Source: Paraphysomonas bandaiensis (taxonomy: Eukaryota; Protista; Chrysophyceae). Taken from it: DNA of 64,000 nucleotides. Made by a program: the position numbers and the translations under genes. The stretch covers positions 201,486 through 265,485 of the forward strand of contig CBFFRP010000435.1 in assembly GCA_965644295.1 (NCBI GenBank), written 5' to 3'. Each line of letters opens with the position of its first letter. Position 1 is the first letter of the stretch. This document shows, piece after piece, positions 23,127-34,881 of the stretch. The notes under the pieces are model-generated. The model saw nothing but the letters and a program-made list of their open reading frames with translations, was not told the origin of the DNA and made no database searches.

Positions 23127-23494
23127 CGCTGATGCGTTCCTACAGCTTGCGGTACAAGAATAGCTGCAGATATTGAAAAGATATATAGCCCATTCATGTA
23201 ATCCTAGAATTTCAGTAAAGTACTGGGGACTTGAAACATATTTGAAAAGAAACCTTCGGTATTTTATATATGGAAGCTTCGTTTTTTATTGCAATCTTAT
23301 CACATTGCAAATTATATACTCGTAATATATAGTTGACCAAAATGATATTTCGTAAAGTATTAAACCAAATATACATGTGGGAGAGGTCATCCAGTCCGAA
23401 TTTATGTACGTTCAATACTTTGAATACCACATAGTGTTCAGGTATCCACGCACCGCTGTTACAAAAATCCAGATAAACCTACATATATTGAAAG
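23127..23494 (-). pseudogene. Partial degenerate copy of the steroid 5-alpha-reductase gene at 42403-43203
   Basis: Aligns to about 42735-43135 in reverse orientation (e.g. ATTTCAGTAAAGTACTGGGGACTTGAAACATATT) with substitutions, a deletion and frameshifts. Confidence 0.88.
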
Positions 23495-25043
23495 AGAACA
23501 TCATACCTGTATCTTTTATCTCATATAGTTTACACTTTTCACACCTACTACTAGGAACAAGGAAGTCGATGCACAATTGTCGCCGTTTTTTCGGCCATTT
23601 TCAGGTGTCCATTACTTAACATGTTGACTTCCAAGTAATTGCTTGGCTGAACACAAAATTTATCTAACGTTCTTTTATATCGAACCAGCAGTGAAATTTA
23701 TGTGCTAAGCAGCCTACCAACAACCTAACAGGCTTAAGAAGTATGGAGAATTGCTGTGAGTGCATGATATTTTGCAACGAAGATGAGTGTTTACAGTTTA
23801 CAGGGGTGTCACTGGGTGGGTATACGGTATATTTCCGAGGTTAAATATATGTATCATGATTACTTTTTGGAACTTTTCTCTATACACATATTTGTGCTTA
23901 GCAAACTGGATATCAATTTAAGAGTAATATCAGGTGTGACGAGTAACATCAACCAACCACATCCATAATTCTAATATACCGGTTCTTTCTACTTTCTTGG
24001 TTACTGGTTCTCCCTTGCCCTTCTGGAGTTCAACTGCAAACTTATTCTGTCGCTCTCGTTGTCGTACTCGGCCAACCGTGTGATAGGACACACAGTGCCC
24101 GTCATATCCGCAACAGTGTCACCTATCTATGTTCGGTTGGTGGGGTCGGAGCAAAATTCCTTCAACACGAGGTCTTGCCAATCCCAAGTTCATCTCGCTG
24201 GGAGCGCCTCAACTGCAGCCTCTCTCTGGCCACGGCCGGCACTGTGGGCCATCCATTGTCAGTGCTGTCCAGCACAGTCAAGTGCTTCAACACCGTATTT
24301 ATAGCCTGTTTCTGGGGTACATATGCCGACACAAGGTGCCACTAGAGACAGCTTCAAGTATTTTTCCTATTACTAGGGCGTGGCTCTGAGGATTTAGTCT
24401 CATGCCGTTGTTTCCAGTATTATTCATAGATTTCTGATTAGATTGCTTTAACATTCTTCAACTAAGGAAGAATTGCATGAAATATCAAACGGAAGACAAC
24501 ATGCGACAATATGCGGTCAGCAGTATCCAACATGTGTATGGTTTGATGGGGCTGATATCTAGATATGGATATCATCATATCCATCAAACTCTCCTTGAAA
24601 CCAACAAAAATGACGTTTTTAGGTGATATGATTTCGGAAAAGCGGATATATTCGCAGCTCAAAAAAATCGCACTGCATATTTCTAATCATATTAGTTTTT
24701 CTTTGCCTATAAAATACCTCTTTTCCTATAAAATATTGGATTTTCAACAATTATCCCACTTTCCCTTCTACCACATGCATATTCTTTTCCAGTCTTTGTC
24801 CAACTGCTGTATACTCCTGCTGTATGTGGTGTGGTGTGTGTGTATATCTTCTTGCTGGAATTATGTATGTGTGTATGTTGCTGTATGTTTGTGGGGGTTT
24901 ACTATATACTTCAAGCAGTAGAAATCACGCATCAGACAGCATCTCAACCCTAGTGGTAATATAACACATAGCTGTCATCGACAACATCAGAGCTCATTCA
25001 TTAGCAGGATATCTTCTATAGTGTGTGTTGTATTGAGGTGATT

Positions 25044-26899
25044 ATGGGAAGACAAGGCTATAAAGGGATAGCAAGCATATCAGAGAACGTGTATGTTATT
25101 AACGATGATGGAGATCATGTGATTAAGCTGCTGGAGATCACTGGACCCAAAGAGTGTGTTGTTCAGGTCATAGCTGGGAAAGCAGGAGTTGAGGGGGATG
25201 CTGATGCGGAGGTTGGCACTGATGCTAGACTGAGCAGACCAGGACGGTATGGCACTTGTACGATACCGTACTACAGCATGCTCTCCTTTAGTACCCATAC
25301 AGTGTAGACTAACCATAAGATACCTGGAGAGTTTGTTTAGTTATGTGTCTAATCCTTGTTTGTGATTGCAGCATTCAATCAGATCCTCTTAGAAGGCGTT
25401 GTTACTTCGGGTGCCGTCGAAGTCAAACGATTCGAGTTGTCACTCTACAAGACCGATTTCCAGTCACCACACTTCCAGTGAGCTTCGAGCAAGTGGCAAA
25501 AGATTCTGAACTGGATTTCAATAGGTACATATTCATAGCTCACACTTGGACTCAAGAAGTGCTTGTTTCGAGTAACTATTACCAGTACACCATTTTGTTT
25601 TCCTCCTATTACATAATGTGTCGTTGTAGAATCCTCGTGAGTCCAAGCGGGTCTTCTTTGGTAGTGTTCGACAGACGTGGTCCTAAGGTATTTGTTGTTA
25701 ATGAAATCCTCACGTCCGCACCTGTAGTCAATTTAGTCCACACTGAATCGTGTGGCCTGGCCCCCCCTCTTCAAGCCGCGGCCTGGCCTGTGGTCCCTCT
25801 GGAGCCTATGTCTGTATGGGACACGAGTGTGAGGTTCTATGCGAATGGTCAATTGAAAATTAGCCCTATTGGAACAGAAAAGGGCTTGGGTATATGCACA
25901 CATTGCTGCTTCATGGCTGCAGGTTCAATGGTTTGGCTTGGTTGTTTATGTACTATATGCACTTCCAAACTTCCCTATATACCCACTGCAGATGAGGAGG
26001 CTGCGAAGAAGAAAAATAGTAGGCGGTTAAGATTGGTCCACAGTACATCCAGTGTGTCGGATGACAGTGATACCCACTCTAGAAAGATTGCCACACCACC
26101 TCGCCCTCAGCCTCTTGAGGCTGGCGAAGATGGAATTAGTGGTCAATCGACGAGCCCGGGATTCCTCAGGAAAGTGTCTGATGCAACGGACTCCTCCCAA
26201 TCGCAGGCCACCGCATCTTTATCTACTCCAGAACCTTTGGTTTCTTCTTCGGTACCTACATCTTCCCTATCCACGCTCAGTGAACACCCGGGTGTGTTTT
26301 GTGTGGCTGATATGTCTGCCATTCATCCCAAATTTTTGATACATGACATGGTAACAATTACGAGCAACACAATTTTGGTTCTCAATAGGTACTCGAAATA
26401 TACTGGGTTGTGGCAAATAACGTCCAGTAATAATTGGAATTCTGTGAGTCAAGAGTGTCGAGATGGTGATATGTCTGGAGAATTGGAGGTTCATTTTGTT
26501 GGCAATAAATCATGGTTAGCACCTCATGGAATGACTCTGTCGCCGAGTCGTAAAAAATTGTTGGTGCTCGAGACGGGGGAAGGTGAGGCTGGAGAAAGAG
26601 GGGGAATAATTAGTATCATGGATGTATCTCTGACATCTGAGGATGGACGTGTGTGTGTGAGTAATATAACACAGTTGAAGCAAACATCTCCGAAATCACC
26701 TGGTTGGAACCCACTTAAATACGATTTAGAGCCCCTTCCTCCTCACACTTCGTACTCAGATGTATATGACTTGGGTAAGTTAGGTTACAGCAGTATAAGT
26801 TTGTTTGCTTGCGACTCTGTTATTACTACATGTGCCAATATTACGGAATATAATATTTATGCAGGGAAGTCTAAATTGCCCAAGTGCGTAACAATGTAG
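25044..26899 (+). CDS. NHL-repeat/beta-propeller protein, multi-exon
   Basis: DHVIKLLEI..VQVIAGKAGVEGDAD..GTDARLSRP (NHL-like) and WLAPHGMTLSP..KLLVLE. GT-AG intron near 25246-25372. Confidence 0.65.
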
Positions 26900-27301
26900 C
26901 GGATTGAACCAAGCTACTTCATCGGGTTTTCTTTTTCATAATAGGTGTAGACGTCATTAAAATAAAGACTAAATATCCTTCCGTATTATTGATGGAAGAT
27001 TTATTTTATTATATAGTTGAATTATGTTCATGACGCATGATAGAATGAGGCGGTGGAAGTTATATTCTTGTGCTAACATTTGCATCTTTTATATAATAGG
27101 TGAGACGCTATTATGTGTTCATACTTGTCATTGTTTTGTTATTGTTTGAGATATATGGTGTTCATAAACACTTCGTACTAAGTAATGCAATGCCTAATAT
27201 TCTATCGAGGAAATGCTGAAGAAAGCAAAAGAGCTTGTTTTCAGACTTTTAGATGGTTGAAGAAAAGTTATTATTGCGCACACAATGTTATCATACTACA
27301 T

Positions 27302-27422
27302 CATGACCCACAAGCAGCTTTCGTAGCGCCAGATAGTAGGATATCAGAGTTAAGCACTAGTAGTTAGTTCTGACGTTCTGACACTTTCAGGTCTATTGCT
27401 TAGCAATAATCAGACTTTTAAT
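27302..27422 (+). mobile_element. 5'-truncated 3' tail of the SINE/non-LTR-like family
   Basis: GAC.CACAAGCAGCTTTCGTAGCG..AGTAGGATATCAGAGTTAAGCACTAGT..AATAATCAGACTTT shared with the other copies. Confidence 0.6.
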
Positions 27423-27435
27423 ACTGAGTATATAT

Positions 27436-27592
27436 CAGGGTTAGGTAACAATACATGCCATATTGTAGTATGGTATTGCAATATATTGCAATAGTATTGT
27501 TGGGCTGGTTTAAAAACTTCATCAATACTATTGATAGTATAGATAAAACGCTATCTGACAATAGTATTGCAGTATATTCTTCCTTTTCCCTG
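27436..27592. mobile_element. hAT-type MITE related to 18325-18557
   Basis: CAGGGTTAGG...TTTCCCTG ends, 8-bp TSD GTATATAT, CAATA(G/T)(T/A)ATTG internal repeats. Confidence 0.8.
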
Positions 27593-27770
27593 GTATATAT
27601 ATATCAAGTTCTTTTCTTAAAAAATAATTATATGTTCACCATCATTATTTAAACATGTCTAGATTTGACACTGATAAACATTCATATATATCTTGGATTG
27701 TCACGATACTTCTGTTTTACGAATATATTATAGCTACACCGTATTTTGACTGTGTATTACAGCTTAGCTT

Positions 27771-28295
27771 CCCTCAACAAAGTCGGACTCGCACCTTTTC
27801 GTGGTGTTCTGGGGGATAAGTACCGGAGTTATTTCTCTGGGAAACTAACGTGAGCCGCAAACATAGTCAGCAGATATTCTTCTGCCCACTCATAGCCGAA
27901 TGCTTGTGTGGTACAAGGGACACCAATAAGTGTCACTTGTGTAGACGTCTTTGGGCCCTGACGAATAAACAGGCATCCGGGAATGGGTCCACCTCAAGGT
28001 CATCCGGGACAGGGCCCACCTGAAGGGTAACCGGGGTATTGGGCTGCCTGCTGAAGTCAAACATCCGGAATGTTCACCTTAAGAACTCAGAGCGGAAGTG
28101 GTCGCACCTTGGTGCTTGTGGCGACGCACATGCAGCTTCCGTAGGGTCAAATAGTAGGATAAAAAAAGTGTGTACTGATTAGTTACAGGTAGAGGTCTAA
28201 CTAGTTTGTCGCTAGCATTAATCTAGCTACTAATTTAGTGCAGGTTGTTAACGCCTATTGCTAATAATAAGACTTTCAATATAAGACTTTCAATA
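27771..28295 (+). mobile_element. SINE/non-LTR-like retroposon, full copy
   Basis: Flanked by 13-bp TSD TACAGCTTAGCTT (27758-27770, 28296-28308). Tandem (ATAAGACTTTCAAT)2 tail and internal ~28-bp GC-rich repeats. Confidence 0.85.
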
Positions 28296-28912
28296 TACAG
28301 CTTAGCTTTTTCACATTATATAATTTAATAAATAATACTGATCTTTGAGAATTATACGTATTCTAAACTTTTTGAAGTAAAAACTCCGTTGATATTACAC
28401 ATGACAGATATCCCCTTTTCCTGTCAAAAAGTGCTTTTCGGACTAAATTAGGCTTATAACAGACTGCTCATATTAGCACCGCGAAAATAATGTAGTCATT
28501 CAACTTCAATTTTCTGTTTGAACAGAAACTACCTTCTTTCTTAATTATTATGTTATTGACATTCATTTGAAAGTGGTGATATCATTATATTACACAATTT
28601 GAAGGAAATGATGAGTGTGTATCATCCTTCGTTTGCTGTGAAAAAAATGATGTTAGGGAAAACAACAGGACTTCAGAGAACTATACCTCAAGAATATTTC
28701 AGGAGAGGTTTTAAGTGCCATAAATATATGATGCTGAAGAGGTGGCTAGTAGGAGCAGTGACACCCAGTTATCTCAGAGTTCGATTTGTATAGTGCAGAT
28801 AAGGATTATATGCCTCTCTTATCGTACATTCCCTTTGTATAATAGATACCATTTGTCATTAGTTTTCTTTTAAGAGCATGCAAGCTACAAAATAACTATA
28901 CATTCATATCAG

Positions 28913-29041
28913 TGTGACGCACAAGCAGATTTCGTAGCGTTATATAGTTGGATATCAGAGTTAAGTACTGTTAATTAGTTAATTGTCCTGACTCACGAAC
29001 TCTTATGTTGCTAATTTGCTAATAATACGACATTCACTACA
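28913..29041 (+). mobile_element. 5'-truncated 3' tail of the SINE/non-LTR-like family
   Basis: TGTGACGCACAAGCAG.TTTCGTAGCG...GATATCAGAGTTAAG...GCTAATAATA.GAC. Confidence 0.6.
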
Positions 29042-29749
29042 TTCTTGATATTATTATATATATAGTCGCACGAGGCGATTTTTGTTGCATTAAAATCATC
29101 ACTGTTATGCCCAATTTGAGTGCTGTGGGTAAGATATGAGGCACACAATCCTGATTTTTACGACGTAACCCTAAATGAACGGGTTACTACTGCTCTACAA
29201 ATAATCACCTTCAGAATCAGATGTTGCATTTGAGCTCTACCTAAAAAGTCTAAAAGTATTGTTACAAAAAGTTCTAGTTTTGCGGTAATATATTTGCAGA
29301 TATCTAAAAAGTCCTAGTTTTGCGAATAGTTTGCCCTACTAAATTCAACCGACGTTCTCTACTAAACTAAAACGTATTTTTTCTTTCTGCTAAAGTTTGC
29401 CGCCGAATTTATTATATATAAAAAATATGGCAGCTGAGCCTACTAAATTTTTAGATAATCCTACTGCTAAGATAATAAAATTATTCAAATTTTTAGCTTC
29501 GTAGAAACGAATGGATAATTAGTAGGTTTGAAAATGGCACCGCCTAGTTTTGAATCATTACACATTTGAATACACAAGGAATAGAACTTTGAGAGTTTTA
29601 AAGAGTTATGTAATAATATAATGAATTCAATTTCAAGTGGCTGTCAATATCATAATTAAGATAGAAGTTGGTTTCTGTTCGAACCGAATATTGAAAACAA
29701 AACGGAGATAGGTATCAAGATTTGACTTATCACGCGATAAAATATCAAA

Positions 29750-30018
29750 CAGCAGAACGTGATAATATGTACACAATGCTTGAAATTATTAATTATAATC
29801 AATCTCACTTATTATCATTCATTGTCACTCGCCAGATACCTGTTATCTCAACCACCAATCATTATCATACGATCTTATACAGTCAATATATTTCAGTTAT
29901 GATTGCTATCATGACATTATTTCTCAGAATACAGTTAACCACTTCTGTATTCTTCCATTAACAGTAGTCATAGTTTATATGCATTTAAACTACAGTTCTC
30001 CAACAGCAAAATTCAACA
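29750..30018 (-). mobile_element. Degenerate solo LTR, Copia family
   Basis: Ends CAGCAAAATTCAACA like the LTR at 43688. Matches 9340-9618 in reverse (translated NQSHLSFIV / VISTTNH blocks shared between ORFs 9287 and 29722). Confidence 0.7.
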
Positions 30019-30615
30019 ATAAGATCAGATCTGATAGTATTTATCGGCCCTTGAATTGATATACGTGAGGAATCCAGTATGGTTTAGAAAGTACCTGAAG
30101 AGTAATAGGGCAGCGAGTAAATATTTTAGGACACAGAGTAACAATATATATCATTATTATTGGAATTTGAAAACCAATTGTAAAACAATAGTAGAACGTA
30201 CTGTAAAATAATACAGTATCAAGTATAATAAGTAAATTCATGAATACTGCTCCAAAAACGACACCAAGCATTTAACTGCTATCCCAGCGACACTCCACAC
30301 AACTATCGTACGCACAATGTACTGCACATAGCAGTTTAAGGATATCATAGCGGAACAAACATAGCTCCAAATGGCAGCATACGGATTGCTTCACACTTTC
30401 TATGGCTTTATATAAATACTGTCGGCACACAAAAATATACCAAACATTTCGCGTACACTACACCACTTCAAATTTATAGTCAGGCAGCTTCAGAAAGGAT
30501 GGATAGAACGCAGTCTACATTCAATCATTATACCAATCCAATTCGAAGTCCAATGGGAGTCCATTTCATATCAAGGAAAATTTATATCAGTAGTTTCTTA
30601 AGGTGAGGCTGGGTA

Positions 30616-31509
30616 TTACAATGAAAAGCTGACACGCTTCTTCTTTCGTGGAGGAGGGGGGGTGGTTGAGCTATCTCTATTTCCCACTTCAATTATAACA
30701 TTCACCGTAGCGTCATCTTGAGTTGTGCTAACAATCTCCGTAATTTCATCAAGACGGCGTTTTTTGGGGGTAGCCAATAGCCAATTCATGATCATAACGT
30801 TAGCAAATACATCTACAATACAGGAAAACAAGCACACATGGCCTGGTTGTTTTCCATGATTCAGGACAATCGATAGCAGGTTTACAAAGGAGAACACAGT
30901 GGAGATACTTGCTCCTACGAGGTTTTTCTGGGCTAAACGGAGAATAGACGGCGACTCTGCTGAGTACTGCAGAAGAGGTATCAAGAACAGAGTGACAAGA
31001 TAAACACTAAATGTGGTGTCATATATCAGAAGCGGAATGGAAGCTGGATCTCGAAGCCCTATGCGGCACACCCCATGATTATCTACACTACCAATACGGT
31101 ATATAATCATCAGGGCAAATATGATGCTAAAAGCACCCATAAGAGACAAATTAAAAAAATATAAACTATATCCGTATCGATCAGTATCCATTTTGAACGC
31201 CTCATTTACTATGCGAGATTTTTCAATCAAAAAAATATATACCAAAATTTTACTACTCGCATAAAACACTATACACGCCCATACGCCTATCTGACAATAC
31301 TCTGCATCATTCTCACGTGTTTGTAGTGGGATAAGTATAACAGCTTGAGCGATAAATAATAATGATGCAATAAGTGCAAATATACCGATATAATCAACAT
31401 ATCTCAACATACTACCACTCAGAAAATGTAAACGTCTTGCTAATACAATTGTACCAAATACAAACATTATACATCCTAATGAGAGTAGTGTGATTACAAT
31501 ACTCAACAT
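30616..31509 (-). CDS. 7-TM GPCR-like membrane protein
   Basis: Seven hydrophobic segments; Cys at the top of TM3 (YCQIG) and in the putative ECL2 (GVCRIG); FYASSKILVYIFLIEK motif. Confidence 0.7.
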   Translation of the reverse strand: MLSIVITLLSLGCIMFVFGTIVLARRLHFLSGSMLRYVDYIGIFALIASLLFIAQAVILIPLQTRENDAEYCQIGVWACIVFYASSKILVYIFLIEKSRIVNEAFKMDTDRYGYSLYFFNLSLMGAFSIIFALMIIYRIGSVDNHGVCRIGLRDPASIPLLIYDTTFSVYLVTLFLIPLLQYSAESPSILRLAQKNLVGASISTVFSFVNLLSIVLNHGKQPGHVCLFSCIVDVFANVMIMNWLLATPKKRRLDEITEIVSTTQDDATVNVIIEVGNRDSSTTPPPPRKKKRVSFSL

Positions 31510-33019
31510 ATCACTCTCTCTGTTTGTGTTAATGTGTCTGGTTAATGCATTAATAATACTAATAAACTGAAAATATATAGAGAGATGACAAATGAAGTGT
31601 GAAGTTTAAATATATAGTACGCGAATTATTCACATACTTTACTTCACTTCATAAATAATGAGTATGACTATATGTGTGCTATAATTTATGTATGTATCTT
31701 TGAAATCTATGCTATCAAATATACGCATGTGTGTGAACGTCCACATACTGTACATATATAGAAACTGTACTATACCTGTGAATAAATTCGATGGATGTCA
31801 CCAATTTTAGACGAAAGTTTGGTGGGGTGTTCTGTAGGTTGAAGTTCAGTGTGAATGTTGTGATATATGTAGAGATGACGTACAGACTTTCTGTTGTATT
31901 TTTGAAATACACTACGTACGTATTATGATGATACAAAATGAATGTACATGAGGAGCAGCAGCTACAGTGTTAGAGATATATGCATCTATGAAGATACCCA
32001 GATGACAATATCTTGAATTCTCTGGTAGCTATTGGGGCAGATGTATGTGGGGTAAGCCACTTGATATCCATGAAATGCGAATTATACTGCGAAGCTATGT
32101 CTCTGTTACGATTCTCTAAGACTAGATGCTTCATCTATTACCTTTAGATCCAATTTCAAAGGCACTTCAACATGCGCAGAATTGGAGGCTCAGACGTCCA
32201 GAGATCATTACAAACACCTTTAATAATCTTAATTCCTGTATTTAATCCCTTTCTACCTTCAAATGACAATCGGCTGAATATAGAGTTATAGTCCTTGGGC
32301 AACTCAAGCTCAATGAGTACGAAGTGTCTGGAAATTCTAATTTGATATGGATTGATGTATTAATATAGTGACGTGATTGGTCTGTTGTGAATTGGATTGG
32401 CTGTGAGTTTGAATTAATTCGGAGAGCCCAAACAATAAGTTATGAAAGTCGATGTTTCAAAGTACAGGTGGGCGAACCATGTAGTCTATACTTCCAATAC
32501 ACGCGAAAGCATGTTCAGCGCAGCTAAACTCATTATCTCACAGTTTCACATGCATTCGGCTACACTGGATATGATGCTGTTTCTGAAAGGAAATCAATAC
32601 TTAGTATGGCGGGCAGGATGCATACACAATTGATGACGACAATACCGATTATGGCTCAGAGGTTGAGTACGAGAGAAAAGAACTAGGTATTTTTTGTTTA
32701 ACAGCGTAGTGGGCTTGGTGATCATGTGGACTTAATACATATGTATTTAGCTGGGTATTTAACTAATATTCTGCGATCATAGTATGAGCATTGTTGGACC
32801 GGTTAGAAAATTTCTGCAATATTTCTAATTGGACGCTACCCTACAATACTATAGCAGTATATTTTTCCATAGTCCTGGTACTTATGTATGCATTACATTG
32901 TCCCCAACACTACAAGGCTACTTTTCAGTATTCAAGATTTCAGCTCACACAGCTACTATTAACATAAAAATACTATCATTTGTGATGTAATGACATGTTT
33001 TACTCTATTATAATTTAAG

Positions 33020-34060
33020 CTATGTTGGAATTACTTCTCCTCCATCACAGTAGTAATATTCCTCTACTAGACCGCTGTCTATAAACGACTGGTTTCTCAT
33101 ACTAAACAGCTCTGCGCAACACGGCTGAGTATCTAGGGATGACCAAGTCGGCGTGACTATACTACTTGGCGGCCAAGTGGTCTCGTATCTATACGCCAAA
33201 ATGAAAACGGAGGGCACATACAGAGTGCATGCCAAAACGCATATCAGATACTTCCATATGCGTATTTTTTTAGCAGAAAATATGACGAAGCCTAAAAGTA
33301 AACCTGATAAAAATCCCCCTACATGTGCGGCATATCCCACACTAGGATTGAACCAAAAAACAAAGGCCAAGACATCTGATGCCAGCTGAATTATAAGAGT
33401 GAAAGCAAGAAACCCTCCCAGCACTGGATGGAGTGTGTCAACATTTAGAATAAGTTCTGAAAAGCAAGCCCCATACATTGCATACACACCGTGAGAGCAT
33501 CCAATCAATGCCCGATATGGCCAAACAGAGGCATGACACAATGCACCACCAAGAACACCCAACTGATAAACTATTAACGTTCTCCATAAACCTTGGCACC
33601 CTTCCAGAAGAACTCCAAACATGAATGCCATGAATTGGTTGGAGCATACATGAAGGTATCCGGCATGCACAAACTGATGACTCCATAAACGCAAGTACTG
33701 ATCCCTATTATCTGAACAGTATGGCCATCTACTTACTGTATCGAACATTAAATTACGATTAGGAGGAGATATTGGTTGATATCTGGAGTACTCGACATTG
33801 TTGACACCGATGAGATAGTAAATGCCATATATATACAAACTCAGTTGAACAATTATCATTCCCACAGTGTATATCGGATAATGCGCAAATCGTGCATTTG
33901 ACTGTGGTGGATCCGTGTTGATGACGTCTTCTGCTGATTCACCAGTGGAGGCTCCACTGCTCTCCATGTCTTGTACTTCGAAGTGATCACTGTCATCTGT
34001 AATATCTTCATATTGAGAAGTCGTTTTTGACGACGAAATACCACTCAGAAACATTAACAT
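33020..34060 (-). CDS. Rhomboid intramembrane serine protease
   Basis: RLWSHQFVHAGYLHVCSN, IGCSHGVY (catalytic GxS) and AAHVGGFLSG (catalytic His). Confidence 0.92.
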   Translation of the reverse strand: MLMFLSGISSSKTTSQYEDITDDSDHFEVQDMESSGASTGESAEDVINTDPPQSNARFAHYPIYTVGMIIVQLSLYIYGIYYLIGVNNVEYSRYQPISPPNRNLMFDTVSRWPYCSDNRDQYLRLWSHQFVHAGYLHVCSNQFMAFMFGVLLEGCQGLWRTLIVYQLGVLGGALCHASVWPYRALIGCSHGVYAMYGACFSELILNVDTLHPVLGGFLAFTLIIQLASDVLAFVFWFNPSVGYAAHVGGFLSGLLLGFVIFSAKKIRIWKYLICVLACTLYVPSVFILAYRYETTWPPSSIVTPTWSSLDTQPCCAELFSMRNQSFIDSGLVEEYYYCDGGEVIPT

Positions 34061-34463
34061 ATCTTAATATTATCATGATAATGACTTGTGTACCTGAAGT
34101 TGTCGTGAAAACAGTGTACACAGTCACAACACTTAAGACCAGGCCACAATGATTCGTCGAAGCAGAAGTGTTCTCCTTAGAGAGCACATGGACCCTTTAC
34201 GGTCTCATATGGGCCCACACGAACCCACAGGTGTACTTCAGTGTCTCATAATAGCCCATAGGTGTTCTCTGGTGTACACCTGTGAGATAGTGTATCATAT
34301 TGGTGTAAGTAGTCAAGTTGTAGCGACTATTCAAAACTCTGAACGACACTACAAGAATCCTGACTGATATCACACCATCATATTACTCCTCGCCGTTAGA
34401 CGTATATAGATTAGCAGTTCCATTCTATCTGAAACTCATACATCTGTCTACACTCCTGCAGAA

Positions 34464-34747
34464 ATACATACATACATACATACATACATACATACATACA
34501 TACATACATACATACATACATACATACATACATACATACATACATACATACATACATACATACATACATACATACATACATACATACATACATACATACA
34601 TACATACATACATACATACATACATACATACATACATACATACATACATACATACATACATACATACATACATACATACATACATACATACATACATACA
34701 TACATACATACATACATACATACATACATACATACATACATACATAC
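34464..34747. repeat. Perfect (ATAC)n microsatellite, about 71 units
   Basis: Uninterrupted tetranucleotide repeat. Confidence 0.99.
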
Positions 34748-34881
34748 TGTACATGTACATGCAAGCACCCATCTACTATGTCATTGCACTGTGTTTCATT
34801 GTATATATATCCATTCAATAGAGTAATTACATCACTACCCTCTCCATACATCATTGACAATCTCATCAGAGTATATCCACA

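Noticed and set aside
27950-27985. CTGACGA as a hammerhead ribozyme core (Penelope/retrozyme)
   Set aside because: No following stem II/GAAA, and the motif is not conserved in the 22.6 kb copy.
27970-28085. ~28-bp spaced repeats suggesting a CRISPR array
   Set aside because: Degenerate tandem units without unique spacers, inside a retroposon; eukaryotic context and no cas genes.
29230-29560. Repeated CCTACTAAA/CTAGTTTTG motifs suggesting a DNA transposon end
   Set aside because: No TIR pair or TSD could be defined.
34411-34866. Three ORFs with YVCM repeats
   Set aside because: They are translations of the (ATAC)n microsatellite.
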